In this document: positions 12,101 through 25,500 of the stretch, piece by piece
Layout of the letters: each line of letters opens with the position of its first letter
Position numbering within the stretch: position 1 is the first letter of the stretch
DNA from: Haliotis rufescens
Taxonomy: Eukaryota
Length of the DNA stretch: 64,000 nucleotides
Reading direction: 5' to 3'
Assembly: GCF_023055435.1 (NCBI RefSeq)
Contig: NW_025963791.1
Span: 23,808,001-23,872,000, forward strand
Program-made: the position numbers and the translations under genes
Notes under the pieces: model-generated
What the model was told of the DNA's origin: nothing
Databases searched by the model: none
The model's input: the letters and a program-made list of their open reading frames with translations, nothing else

Positions 12101-15100
12101 AGCCGCAAATAGCAACCAGCTGTACACGCATTTTCTCCAAGATCTACCGGTTATTCAGTTAAAAATACCCAATAATAGAAAGTATACGAATTTTGATGCA
12201 ATGATCGGAAGAAATTGTATCTGAAATTATTTTTTTTAGCATTTTAGGATGTGGTACTAGTTTTTTTTAAATCTATAAATCATGGAGTATAAGTAATGTT
12301 TGAGTGGCTAAATGAGAAGGGTCATAGAACGGGATACCCACCTGAGACTTCCACTGAAAATACAAGACATGAATATTCCAGGAATTCCTTGGAGGTGACC
12401 CAGGATGTCCATCACAAAGAGGGGCACCAACTGCGAGAGATGGAAACAATATTAGAAGAACACAATATGTATTGTCATCGTGGACGAATCTAAATGAACT
12501 AACTTTTGCATAAAGTTATGAATGTGATGTGATGTCAGTCATACATATATGAATGTACCAGTACTCTTTTCTTTATGCTGTTAATATACATAGTTTGAAG
12601 CTCAAAAAAGCTGCTTTCGTAGTGGCTAATGTCGACTTCCTGTTAGTCATTTCATTGGTCGGTCAAAGTTCGCGAAAGGTCGTTCTGATGACGTGACCTG
12701 CAATGGGATAGTCTCAGCAGTAGTGTGAACTTGTATCTGATTTTAATGAGATTGAGGTACCGGTAATCTAAGCATGTGATTAATTCTGTTTTGTTCATTT
12801 AAAGCAATGATTGTTAATTGTTGAGCAAGTTTATCTCTGCAGCCATAATATATCGGGACAGAGAAACGAGAAGCCTAAGAAATAATCTACATACAGTAAT
12901 ATATATGTATGTATGTATGTATGTGTATGTATGTATGTATGTATGTAGATTATTTCTAAGGCTCATTTCTCTGTCCCGATGCCCATCCCGATTCCGATAT
13001 CTTTTTAAATAAATTGTGTCATTGAATCCTATCATACATGTAGCGCCTACCTGATCTGTCTTGGTAACTAGCTTTTCAAAGTTGATGGGGTGGCAGTCGC
13101 TGTAGAAGGCAAACATGACGATGCCTATCATGCAACAAAGGCTGATAATACCGATGAGGCCAAACAGATTCAGGATCATTGCACTGTGTGGCAGAATAGG
13201 GTACACTTTAGGTACTGTATAATAATAATGTCATGGAAATACATCTATGAACAGAAAACTACACTGACTGTAAAACCATTCATTGCCTGTGTTGTGTATA
13301 TGTTTTCTTACACAAATATTGAATACGCTAGTTGATGTATTGTGCAAAAATAGTTGAATAGTTGACAATAACCAGCAATGCATAAATTCCCAGAATATGT
13401 TCATGTGTTGTGCCTCCATAGAAATACATGATATATGGCTATATGGTCTCTTGTTCGAAGGACTTAATTATGCTTCTGTTATGCTCAAAAGAAGTAAAAC
13501 GACAACTTTATGACTCCCTCATGGTCGCCCTGCATTTTCCGTACATTTGTGACTTGGAAACACTTGGACATGATATGGCTCTCTGGACTTGGGCTTGATT
13601 ACATCCATACAGCGACATCCAGAAGAAAGCTCCGCCTATCACAACCGACCAGAACGAGTGTCGAGTAGTCGGATCGAAGCTGAAACTGCAATGTGAAATA
13701 GAACATGAATTTCCATACAATGTTATAACTATCCCAGTTATTCTGAGCTTGGCCTATTTCGTTATTATGACGCTTGGTGTCGAAGCATCCCGTCCGTGCT
13801 CTTGGGTTAAACAGATGTCAGACGTCTACGACCTGTGTCAATTTGGGCTTCATGTCCACACTGAAGAAGGGTCTTTATTATGCTGAAATACATGTATAGC
13901 TCACACTCAATCACTCAAAACTAAAGAAACCAACTCATGAAAGTTAATCCTGGCGCGGCTACCGGCGATGTCCCAGGCGTTCTGGAAGCCGCCCATGACG
14001 ATGGAACCCTGGATGAGCACTGCCAACAGCCCGGCTAACATGACCAGTGCCTGGATGGTGTCTGTCCACAGCACGGCTTTCATACCACCCTGAATAATGG
14101 AGGGAACGTTTATTTAATGAATGTATTGTTTACAGCTGCTATTTGTTGTATTAATATTAAGTACAGTGTACGTATAGCTATTCTTATGTGGATACCTGGT
14201 TGATACATGCATGGTATAAGGACTTTATTTGCACTTCCAGACAGATAAAAAGGGGCCGAATTATTGTCACTTTAATAATAAACCAATGCTCCTTAAACGC
14301 CAATGAACCTAGGTGTTCATCTATCTAGTCTGGTATACAGATGCGTTGTTTACGTGTTTTTGTACCAGTATAGTGCGTGGTTACACGCCACAGTGTGATA
14401 CGTGTTTACCGAGTAGTATACAGAGGCATCGTTTACTTACCAGTGTAGTATACATAAGCGTTGTTTACATGTTTACCTATCCAGTGCAGTATGCAGATGC
14501 GTTGTCTACCTACCAGTGTAGAATGCAGAGACGATGTTTACGTGTTTACTTACCAATGTAGTATACAGAGTAACAACCCCACCAACTGCGCCAACCGATC
14601 CCCACAAAGAAAACCCAGTTACTGAAAATAGAGACGTTAAATATTAGGTATAACCCAGTCAGTTAGCATTCCTTTTGAAAAAAAACTATCAAAGATACAA
14701 AACAACAAATTCTGATAGTAATTCCTTTACTGATAACTAATAGGGTTTAGAGTAAGAAAATAACTCAAATACTTAAAAGTCTCAACAGGGGATGATCACC
14801 TGATAGATGACTAGTCGGGTTATTCAAATGTATGTTAAACTGGTCCCCGCCTCTTTATTGATAGTGCCCCCGCAATTTTATGGAATACCTTTTGGCTCCG
14901 TACAATGGTAGAATGGTTCCAAAGCCATAGATATGTAAAAGGAAAATGTTACTGTTGACTGTGGAAAAAAACTGTAAACGTTTACAAAGTGATAACGAAT
15001 AAAAACACACCAAGCACTCGGGATTTCTTTGACATGTAAGACAGAGGCTTGCTCAGACATGTATATACGAATGTGAGGATTGAGTATTTATCCCAGAAGT

Positions 15101-17803
15101 GGTAACCACTATCGAATGAGCATCACGTCATAACATGGTTGTCAGTTTCTAATACTAAGGAGGGGACTGTGTGTTTAACAAACGCGTTGTCAAATGCACA
15201 GTCGGCATATTGTAGCTGTGTCCCTGTAATGCTTATGTGGTCTAGTGGTAGAGCGTCCGCCCGGAGAGCGGAAGGTCCGGGGTTCGATCCCCGGCAGCGT
15301 CATACCAAAAGACGTTAAAAGATGGTACTTGTTGTTACCCTGTCTGGCGCTCGGCATTAAGGGGATAAACCAAGGACTGGTCGGGTTGGAGTCAGTATAC
15401 TGTGTCTGAGTGGGGTATTCATGTTAAACTGCGGCATGGTATCTCAGTGGGCTAGCACTATAAATCGGCATCAGTCCGGACTAGTACAAGCAGCCACACA
15501 AACACACACACGTACATGCACGTCGCTATATAAGTGCAATAATCTTGGACGCGACGTTAAACCCCATTTCACCTCACCTTTAATGCTTATAGTCTGGCCC
15601 AGCTGCAAGGCCAATCGGATTTGAATGCACCAGCTACAACCCACGCCTTCGAGATACAATGACACGCAATGTGCAAGCAAACAAACAAACAAACAAAAGC
15701 TTTTGAGTCGGCTCTTGCGACAGGTACGAGGAACTGGGGGACTATTTTGACCCGGAATCCCACAGAGTTAGAACATTCAAAACAGTCATGACGTATTTCA
15801 AATATTTTAGTCTACGCCAAGAAGATACAAACACTACATATAAAATACGCATTTAGTTCTTGCCAATTTGAAAATAGGATGTACAAGTACTATTGGACAT
15901 TCTTAAAAGCGCCCTGGAGTTTCCTAAGAAGTCATTGTTTGGAGGTTACAGTTTGGTTTATAATTAAAATCTCTATTGACCTATGTTAACCGACTTGTTT
16001 AAATCGCATAATGTGTTTGCATAGATTCACCGGTATATGTGTCAAATTCAAAGCTTTACTAACCTTCCCTAAACAAATCTCAACAAACATACCAGTGACC
16101 AGGTACGTTGTTACAGCCCCCTAACCCCATAAAATTATAACATTAACATTAACATTTACTAAACATTAACCTGCATTAACGGTTCTTAAAAATATACCGT
16201 TACTTGGATTCGAACCTTCACACACCGCTTGACATGGCATGACAGTCGTGTTCCAACATATTGATACTACCGACATATAACTTCGCCCTGCGCACTGTCG
16301 ACCAGTGCACACAGCTCGAGATCGCATTCAATTATATAACTTTATACCGTAGTCAGGGAACTGTTTCGGTTCAGTAGTTAGAAAGAAAACACTTTTATCT
16401 CCTTTGATGCCGGTTTGTATACTGTTACATCAACTGTGTGTGTGCTGCAAACGTACCTTGATTCAGTGCGAGGGAAGGTGCATACAAAACAAAGGACATG
16501 TATACAATCTGAAACGAAACACAACCGTTATAATGCGTATTTCATTAACACTGTGTTCCTAATTACAGTTAAAATATGTATTGCACATCTTGATAAGCAT
16601 AAATGACATGTTAATCCAGTTTATGACCATTTCATGAAATGTTAAATAAACTATAAAAAAGACGGTTTATTAACGTTTACTGGTCAATTGAAATTATGTA
16701 TCAATGCACGTCGTTCTATTTTTCTTTAATGATGTCCGACAATAATACTTTACGCAGTTTACATACTGTCTGAACGATGAAAGTGATGGAGGCGATAACG
16801 CGGACTGGTTTGCTGAATCGCAGCTCTAAATACTACAATTGAAGAAAACATACATGTGAGTGCACAATGAAATAAATATCATAGAGAGTAGCATTTGAGG
16901 CAAGAAAGAAACTATTCTGTCAACATATATGTTATCTTCCAAATGACGAATTAAGCTTGGGATTATTAAAAATGGTTGTCATGTGTCTAAACGTGAACCA
17001 TTAAACCCATTGTTATCATTGTACAAATGTGTTTAGAAATCTATGATATCGACCATTGAAGCAATGCATTTGGTGAGCATGTGAGTTGACGAAATACAAT
17101 ATCACGCAATATTATGCCAAAAGACGAATCTCTTTGCACGCTGAACATCAAAAGTAAAGACGATAGCTGGGAACATGGCGTATAATACACATTGGTATAT
17201 GAAAACAAGTTATTTATAACTACCACCAGTTTGTGAAAAGTCTTTTGTGTGATCTAACAAAGTATTGTATAGATGTTTGCGTTTTACAATAACGGATTTC
17301 ACAGAGACTTCATGCCTTTCAGCACACAGACTTGCATTCAAACAGATTATGTATATATGACTGTGGTACAAAACAACATTCATGCATTCACGATGTTTAA
17401 TGCGTGTCACACAGCAGATTCCTTCATTGAGACTTACCTCAAACATGCTTGTCAGGTTAAGCTTGTAAAAGAATGGAATGAAAATCTGGGACGAAATTGC
17501 GATGGCAATAATGAAAGCCAAACATATCCACCAAAACATAGTAGCATAGATATACATCTCAGCCGGTGCCCCCAACAACGTCAACGCAGACATAAACGTT
17601 GCCGTTAAAGACATCGCTACAGGTAGTGTGTACATTTTTCTGCCTCCCATGAGGTATTCATCGGAGGAAGATCTGTTTCTGTCCCTGATGGCGTAGAAGA
17701 GTCCAATCCCTGCCGATGTGACCAAAGTAAGGCCGAAGACGACATAGTCAGGGACTGAAAATGTCTTTTTCTTCCCAGTGTAGATACTGTAGTCTCCAGA
17801 CAT
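6285..17803 (-). CDS. SLC5A8-like: Gene B: complete SLC5 sodium:solute symporter (SMCT/SMVT-like), 15 exons, 649 aa
   Basis: GT-AG exons with consistent phases: 17803-17438, 16832-16767, 16508-16457, 14621-14554, 14089-13935, 13685-13545, 13183-13051, 12430-12342, 11716-11601, 11462-11395, 10914-10828, 9691-9492, 8952-8852, 7686-7568, 6473-6285 (sum 1950 nt). Motifs [55 protein letters not shown]; ends ETDTNL*. Confidence 0.93.
7621..8184 (-). repeat. 6 x 94-bp tandem array made of the gene B exon-14 acceptor plus the first 68 nt of the exon
   Basis: Units start at 7621, 7715, 7809, 7903, 7997 and 8091. The lowest-coordinate unit continues into the real exon 14. Confidence 0.95.
8662..8830 (+). 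mobile_element. tRNA(Asp-like)-derived SINE, family alpha
   Basis: A/B-box head (tagccgagtgg; ggctcgattcc), tail gctggaatattgctaaaagcggcgtaaaac(actc)n, TSD tcatca(c/t)tgaag. Degenerate inverted copies lie at about 8373-8640. Confidence 0.85.
9161..9188. repeat. Poly-G run of about 28 nt (poly-C run of similar size at 58293-58320)
   Basis: Directly visible homopolymers. Confidence 0.9.
10157..10460 (-). pseudogene. Degenerate local duplicate of the 5' part of gene B exon 12 and its upstream intron
   Basis: aaggcaccaa...cacatgaatgctaa...catccaggtatgctttaa.tacgataaca repeats 9620-9960, but the acceptor segment is deleted. Confidence 0.75.
10554..10720 (+). mobile_element. SINE family alpha
   Basis: Same consensus; 14-bp TSD ctaatatagcataa. 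Confidence 0.88.
12595..12760 (+). repeat. Unclassified interspersed repeat, second copy at 45935-46090
   Basis: Shared tgtcgacttc.tgttagtcatttca.tggtc.gtcaaagttcgcgaaaggtcgttctga...tctgattttaatgagattg. Confidence 0.75.
12855..12977. repeat. Inverted repeat (about 38-bp arms) with a (GTAT)n loop
   Basis: gggacagagaaa.gag..gcctaagaaataatctacatac / gtatgtagattatttctaaggctcatttctctgtccc. Confidence 0.85.
14315..14570 (-). repeat. Degenerate tandem repeat derived from the gene B exon-4 donor junction
   Basis: Recurrent gtttac(t/c)taccagtgtagtatacaga, the reverse of TATACTACA(C/T)TG|gtaagtaaac. Confidence 0.75.
15237..15579 (+). mobile_element. tRNA-derived SINE, family beta (central domain resembles the Meta/MESC-type SINE core)
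   Basis: A box tggtctagtgg, B box ggttcgatccc, core gtcataccaaaagacgttaaaagatggtac...ggcgctcggcattaagg, tail (cacct)n, TSD taatgcttat. The core assignment is from memory and was not searched. Confidence 0.85.
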
Positions 17804-18462
17804 TGTGAGCAACTGTTTCTCAGTCTATTTGTCGCGAATGATATATGAAGTAAAAATATATACAATATAGAGACTGTATTAGTAAGATCTACTTGACTGA
17901 ATGTGTCACAATACACTGTATTTGTAAGAACTAGACGTGTACGAGTGGCTGAATACTCTTCCTACAAAAGGCGGTAGTCGCCGTAAGTAGGCTTAGGGCT
18001 TGAATACTCTAAGAAAAAGTTAGACCCATCTTGTGTTGTATATGAATTGACACAAGCAAGTAGTGTATTCAAAGTCGTGGCCATACACCGTATTCTGTAC
18101 ACGATTTTCTATCCACTAGACTGTATGACAAGTAAGGATGACTTCAAATTTAACCTTTCCTTTATGATGACCAATATTTCAACAGCTCAGTAAAGGTTTA
18201 ATGGTAGACATGTAGAGGACATTCACAAACTTGACGCACATTTGAAATAATACTGATACAAAGGCTCATTGACTCTGCTGTGGACCTGACGAAACAAAAC
18301 GTACCGGCGCATAAGGATATTGAGTTGTTTCCATAATTAGGAAACATGATTTTTGAAAGACCTTTCGTTGATTTCCTTTATATTTTTCTGTTAAAACGGT
18401 TTGTGGTCTCCGTGTGCTACCACAGCTTTCTTTTTGTAATATTTTGTTTCACTTGACTTGTC

Positions 18463-18860
18463 TATGATCTTGAAGATGGACACTTTAGCTCACCTGGCCT
18501 GAAAGACAATGTGAGCTTCTGTCGGCACAAGACGTCCATAGTCATCGTCCATATAGATGGCTTTGTGTGTGGATGTATGTTACTATGAGGGGCTTTGTTC
18601 AAGGCATGAACATTGGAAATTATATATGGCCGCCAAACAGCCATCTTTGATTTGGAAAACAATATTTATTTAAAAGTGTTCTCCAAGATCTAAAAGTTGG
18701 TGGGTGTTTGTTATAGACATCTTGATCGGAAATCACGCATGGCTGCCTTTTGTCAGCTTAGATTTATAAAGACTCATTCAAAATCTATTTAAAACATTTT
18801 TTGTAACAACAAAATATTACTAAAACCATTTATAGATATATGAAACACAAAATTTATTAT
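18463..18860 (+). mobile_element. Helentron/HINE-type non-autonomous repeat plus flank; duplicated at 26465-27420
   Basis: tttagctcacctgg...gtgagctt subterminal inverted repeat followed by gtcc/gtcg microrepeat, a layout typical of these elements. Confidence 0.6.
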
Positions 18861-19167
18861 TTGGGGCATAATTACAAACAATAAAATGCATCAATTATAT
18901 CAGAAATATACAACGAACAAGTTGATGTGTTACACACAGGCATTAAACAGGTAAATAAATATAGACATTCTTCGTTTAGCTTTCGTAACAAAACTTGAAA
19001 CAATTGAATGCTCATTGAAAGATAGAGCTCATGGTTCAAGGATACATTGCATGTAGCTCATAACCAATCTCCTTTTTCCTTTATTGCCATGGAGAAGATG
19101 GGGCTTCAATAGAAGGCAAAAGCCTCAATAGATACATGGGCCGTAGGTTTTCTATTTAGTTACGAAG

Positions 19168-19435
19168 GTTGGTTGGTTGGTTTGTTGTTTAACGCCGCAC
19201 TCAACAATATTCAAGCCATATGACGGCGGTCTGTAAATAATCGAGTCTTGACCAGACAATCCAGTGATTGACATCATGATCATCGTCCCACGCAATTGGG
19301 ATCGATGACATGCATCAACCAAGTCAGCGAGCCTGACCACCCGATCCCGTAAGTCGCCTTTTACGGGAAGCATAAACGCCTTTAACGACAAGCATGGGTT
19401 GCTGAAGACCTTTTCTACCCCGGATCTTCACTGGT
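19168..19435 (-). mobile_element. Delta family non-autonomous retroelement (about 270 bp, no tRNA head)
   Basis: Consensus cccgtgaagatccggggtagaataggtcttcagcaacccatgcttg...gctggaatattgctgagtgcggcgttaaa(caa/caac)n; more than 20 copies or fragments in the window. Confidence 0.85.
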
Positions 19436-22149
19436 CTCCGTTCAGTAAATATGCATGTTCATTGATTGATCTTCATATATTATCATTGGCTGACAATAAA
19501 AATAACAACGTCGGTTTGATAATGGATGTATACTCACAGTGTCTTGAATGCATGACTTGTAATTATGATATTAAGTATTTTGATGTTAGTTGTAAATAGT
19601 TATTTTCTATATTGTGCATACTTGGTTAGTGACCGTTTAAATTCTTGTTGTATTTGTATGAATATATAGGAAACGTGTGAAAAAAACTAAACCCATATGT
19701 GACAAGATGTCAAACATGTGACAGTCGTTTATATTTGATCACGATATGGTCATGCATGTTAACGCTGTCAACGCAGCCAAACCTGTCACAGGAATAGGGA
19801 TATCATATTTCTATTTTTTTTTTTTCATTTTTATCAAATCATAATATACATCAGTACAAAAAATATAATCATTACTTTACTACCAACTGAAAACATGCAT
19901 CTGGCGTATTCCTCAAGGAACGTCTTAAGATTACCGAAGGTTTAAGATGATACGTTACAAACGTTGACATGCCTCACTCCGATCAACTGCGGAAATCCTC
20001 TACAAAGTTGAAAAGAAAGTTAACATGTGTTCATCCTACGTGTGTATTTAATGCAAAATGTATGTGTATGTCTGTACTCACCGAGATAATTCAAACACGT
20101 GCGTGTTGTTATATTGAATAATGTGAAAAATAAATAATGCTTCCCTGTTTGTCGAGATGTATCGGACAGTTCACCGACACAGAACTCCGAGGGGTCTCAA
20201 GAACGATACAGTTGGTCTACTGGTGGATACACCAGTGATGGTATAACCATAAACTATTTATACCCTCGGGCGAGTTAACATGTATTTACCACTTTCGTTC
20301 ATACGTGTCACGTCTGATATAGGTGATTGAAACGGACATATAATATTCACAAAACATATTCACTTGAGCCATAAATAGTTTACAAATGCACAGGGCAAAA
20401 GAGACGGCGTTGCCTTAACGAAATCTTTTAGAAATCAATTACATTTTGTCCACCGGACTGTGATAATGAATTTCAAAAAGAGGGTGGATTAGGAACATTA
20501 TGATATTACATTTAGTTATTATTTTGTTCTTGGATCTATAAAACGTCACGGGTACCTCGGTAATATGTTTTACATGTCATGAGTTATTAAGAGAGAATTA
20601 ATATTTTTACTCTATGTACAACTAAATGTAATAAAATTACAGTTATACGTAAAAGCCTTATATCGCGTGGAGGTTAAGTTAGATTTATTTGTATCCGGTG
20701 TTGTCTTTCTCAACTGAAACAAGTCTTATACCAAATTTCATATTTCAGTATTTTCGCCCGATTTGAATGTGGCTGACAATATACTGTGCAGATGGTTGAT
20801 CAGTTTCGTTTTGATACTGTCTGTGTTGAACACGATATGTAATACTCAAGTCTATCACATAAGGGATCTACATAACAGTTTGATCCGTTATGCCTTGTGA
20901 TCAGTTTCAGGCAAGTAAAAAGCTGTCTAGTGAAACAGTGCATGTCATCGAACCGCAGTGGTCAGGGATATTTTCTTTCTGGTCCTATGTAGTCTGATGT
21001 TGATTATAGAGTAAAATCCATCTGGCCAGAAGGGGTACACTGGCCGCTGGAGATGATGACCGATAGTTACATCCAACTCTAAGTCTCCCATTCGATGTCG
21101 CTAAGTGTACAGGCCGCGGTATAATAACCAACTGATTTTGTATAGGGCATCGATACTTGGGGTTGACTGCCTAACCGTTGGTTATTGTTGCCATAAAGGT
21201 TATCTAAGTGCAGCTAGCTCCATGACACTATTCACGGCGTAATTTGGAACTTAGGGGCAACAACGAAGTAAACCGAATCATGGAAATTGCCTTCATTTGG
21301 TATGACTCTCTTATGCTTGACGTTAGGGTAAAATTGCAGATTCCAAGGAACATAAAACAAGTATTGTGAGAGAATAGAATCAGAGTATAATATTTCGAAC
21401 CGAACGCGTTCAGTTAGAATCTGTGATTCAGTTTCAGTACGCGTACGAGTTTGGTGAAACCTTACACCAGGTACGACAGTGAAGGTGAATCGTACACACT
21501 GTCGTAGGATTCTGGCACTCCTAGTCAACGCAATTTCTAAATAAGGCAAGGCTATAATACCAATGTATTATTACGTCGTACAAATATCGCAAAGAGTCAA
21601 CAGGTCTGATCTGACATTCTACATCAACAGTGGGAATAAAGGGATGTAAGACTGAAAGAAAAATGTATGTACTTCATCAATATTGATTCCGATAGAAGTA
21701 ATTGGTGGATTATATTATGGGAGATTTTTATGATGTTACTGACATTTACCATCTTTTGTTCGCATTTTCAAATGTTTTGGGGTGTAATTTTAAATCTATT
21801 ATATTTTGATGTTATTGACAGTTCATGAGGTGCTTTTTCCTCGAATATTGGAATTAATTGTTTTGAAGGTGTGTTTTTTTTATATCTATGGTATTTCTGG
21901 TATTGGGAACACATGTGACACAGCTCGAAACTCCTGTGAGGAGAATATGTATGTAGGTTTTGCGAGTTACTGTATCGGTGTTTACTTCGAGCGCACCTTT
22001 TGAGTGGTACTATTCCTGAAGTGTATTTACTTTGTGCGTAGGTTTACCGTGGAATGGTAAGTATGTTCGATTTGTGCACAGGTTGTGAGTGGCAAGGAAC
22101 TGAAGTGTGTTCACTTTGTGCGTAGGTTAAACTTTCCTCAGAGGTTTTA

Positions 22150-22592
22150 AAGGAGCATGGACGTCATAACTGTAAATGCCATTCGGAACAGGATAATGTG
22201 TAGTTTCTAATCGGAATCGGAATAATTGTTGGGTGATATCTCACAAAGTTTCTCAACAAATATCCATGTTTGAAATTGCATACAGCTTTGTGCATTGATC
22301 CCACATTCATGTTCTTTAATAGTCATGTGATATACATGTGTAGTAGAAAACCAAAGGCTCTCCCACTTCCACTGAAATGTGCACCTTCACCTCAAAGAGA
22401 ACGGTGACCTTCTTCGACTGTGTACTCATAGAAATATATCTCCTATTCACAAGAACTCATCGTGACCGGGAAAGACTCACAAAGGTAGAGTCCACAACCG
22501 ACTGTACTATACGGGAGAGGGTGAGCGTAAACTGTTTCTCCGTGCGTATTTTGTCACTCCAGGACCAGCGTGGACAACACTGACCTTCCATC
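22150..22592 (+). promoter_or_regulatory. Putative 5'UTR/promoter of gene C (paralogous to gene A upstream region)
   Basis: Conserved non-coding blocks shared with 1820-1369, ending in ctgaccttccatcATG in both genes. Confidence 0.5.
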
Positions 22593-25500
22593 ATGTCTGA
22601 GGACTACAGCATCAACACTGGACAGAAGAAGACATTTGCTATCCTCGACTATGTTCTTTTGAGTCTCACCTTGGGAGTATCGGCTGGAATCGGACTTTTC
22701 TATGCCATCAAAGATAAAAACAAAGTTAATTCTAAAAATTACCTTTTGGGCGGTAAAGATATGTACGTGTTTCCCGTGGCGATGTCGATGCTGGTGACAT
22801 TTCTCTCTGCATTGACGTTGCTGGGGACGCCGGCTGAGATGTACAACTTCACGACGATGTTTTGGTGGTCATGCCTTGCATTTGTTTTTGCAATGGTCAT
22901 TGCCTCAGTTGTATTCATTCCATTCTTCTATAATCTGAATGTGACAAGTGTATTTCAGGTGAGTTAACTGTCCAATAATTAATTGAACATACGACATAAT
23001 GGTAGTACAGATAGAGGTTATTTATTGTTTATATTAGATTAAAGAGAAATTAGTTTTGTTTCCACCAAGCATGCATCATAGCGTGGGCCCAGACTGAATT
23101 AAGCCTCTTTTAAATTCACAAAAGGAGAGCACGACGTCTATATAAAGTCATCATTATCTTACATATTTTGTGTTATCAACAAGCAACATTCCTGATGCAA
23201 ATTCAAGTTGCCACAGAGTATATTTTGTTCGTGTTGTTTTCCAAGTTGAAACGCGAAGGATAACCAAGACATCGGTGTGCACAAACAAAATTGTGAAATC
23301 AGCACATACACTAATATTGAATAATTAACAGTTTATATTGAAACACATATTATGTTTTATTAGATACAACGTATTAATGAGAATATGGGAATTATCATAA
23401 GAAGGCTGTTGTTCCCTTTTTTTCATACCAAGAGTCTGCAATGCATTTAAAAGTTGCTTTCGTGTCACAACATTCACTCAAGTTTTTCTCAATCGCCTTT
23501 AAACATAATTCCCATTGGTCAGTTCGACCCCGCTTATATTAAAAAAATAATTTCGAGATTTCGTTGGAATGTGAGATATTCAGGTTTCACCGAAGTGGTA
23601 AACGTCTGAGACCTGCATCACTTCGGGCTTTCCTCCCACACTAAGCTAACACGCCGCATTATAACTGTAATAATGTTACAAGCGGCGTTAAACACCCACT
23701 CACCCACTCTTCCACTCCAGAATTAAAAAGGAACGTGTTGCACTATACAATCATTAAAAAGGCATTAAATGGGTCAAATATGTGGCAGCAATAATATATA
23801 ACAAAGTAAATGTACTCGGTATAGGTACAACCAGCCTTCTGGGAACTAGTACCTCGCAAAGTATCACGAATCAAGGAGTTGGTCCCGGAAGTGAATCGAT
23901 TTGCTTGTTTGTGTGCTGTTTACCACCGGACTCAGCAATAGTCCATCTATATGACGGCGGTCTGTAAATAATCGAGTCTTGACCAGACAATCCAGCATCG
24001 ACACGCAATTGGAATACGACAAGCATAGTCGCCTGTTACGACCTATTCTACCCCGGATCTTCACGGGCTACTGCAAACAGGTCACATATGCTTGTCGTAA
24101 GAGGCAACTTTGTTCATGCATGTCATCGTGTCATAAAATTGCGTAGATCGATGCTCGTGATGTCAATCACTCGACTGTCTGCTCCAGTTTCGATTATTTA
24201 CAGACCGCCAACAAACCAACGAATGTATCAAAATAATCTATAAACAAACCAATCCATAAAAAAATACGTGACCATTTACCTTAACATAAATTCAAAAGTA
24301 CACATTACGACTCTGTCCTGATGTAGGGTACTTCATTGATGTCCATTACAGTAAGGTAGGTTGATCTCATTTTATGCGCACAGTAAGGTATGTTGATCTC
24401 ATTTTATACATACAGTAAGGTAGGTTGGTCTCATTTTATAAGTACAGTAAGGTACGTTGATCTCATTTTATACGTACAGTATAAGATACTTTGATCACCT
24501 GTTATACTTACAGTAAGGTACGTTGATCTCCTGTTAAACGTACAGTAAGGTACGTTGATCTCCTGTTATACGTACAGTAAGGTACTTTGATCTCCTGTTA
24601 TACTTACAGTAAGGTACTTTGATCTCCTGTTATACGTACAGTAAGGTACGTTGATCTCCTGTTATACGTACAGTAAGGTACTTTGATCTCCTGTTATACT
24701 TACAGTAAGGTACTTTGATCTCCTGTTATACTTACAGTAAGGTACGTTGATCTCCTGTTATACGTACAGTAAGGTATGTTGATTTCATTTGATACGTACA
24801 GTAAGGTACCTTGATCTCCTTTTATACGTACATTAAGGTACTTTGATCTCCTTTTATGCGCACAGTAAGATACTTTTGCGCTTACAGTGACGTAAATCGA
24901 CTAACAGATCTCGGTACTTTAAAAAAAACACTTCTCCTCTTTGTATAACTAGTTGATGGTCTGATCATACATCTTCAGTTACAGTATCGTCACAGAACCA
25001 TTGTACATGAACAACATAATTGAAATTTAAATATTAACAACACATACCCTACAGAAATATGTTGGTTCATGTCATAACACAAATACGCAAGAGAGTACAC
25101 TCTGGTTTGGGAATCATAACGAATGATTTTTTTCTGTTCTCTTCAGTATCTAGAGCTGCGTTTCAGCAAGCCTGTCCGTGTTCTCGCCTCCCTGATCTAC
25201 ATTGTGCAAACTGTAAGTCCACAGTCCATTTAAGCCACACTACAACTAGGTTGGTTGGTTGGTTGGTTGTTTAACGCCGCACTCAGCAATAGTCCAGCTA
25301 TATGACCGCGGTTTGTAAATAACCGAGTCTGGACCAGACAATCCAGTGGTTAATATCATGAGCATCGATCCACGATGATACATGTGATGGCACACATTTT
25401 ACAGTGAAAATGCAGGTTACCACGTGAAAACTTTTCTTGATTACCCAGTGCAGCATATCTTCATTCTGTTGTGATGTATACCTGGACCTATTCGCCACCA

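Noticed and set aside
13855-13892. CTGAAGA...GAAA hammerhead-like words
   Set aside because: No convincing stem II and no cleavage triplet.
6285-17803. Calling gene B a sodium/iodide symporter because it ends in TNL like NIS
   Set aside because: The position equivalent to the NIS SAVQ glutamine is Thr, as in SMCT; orthology needs a phylogeny.
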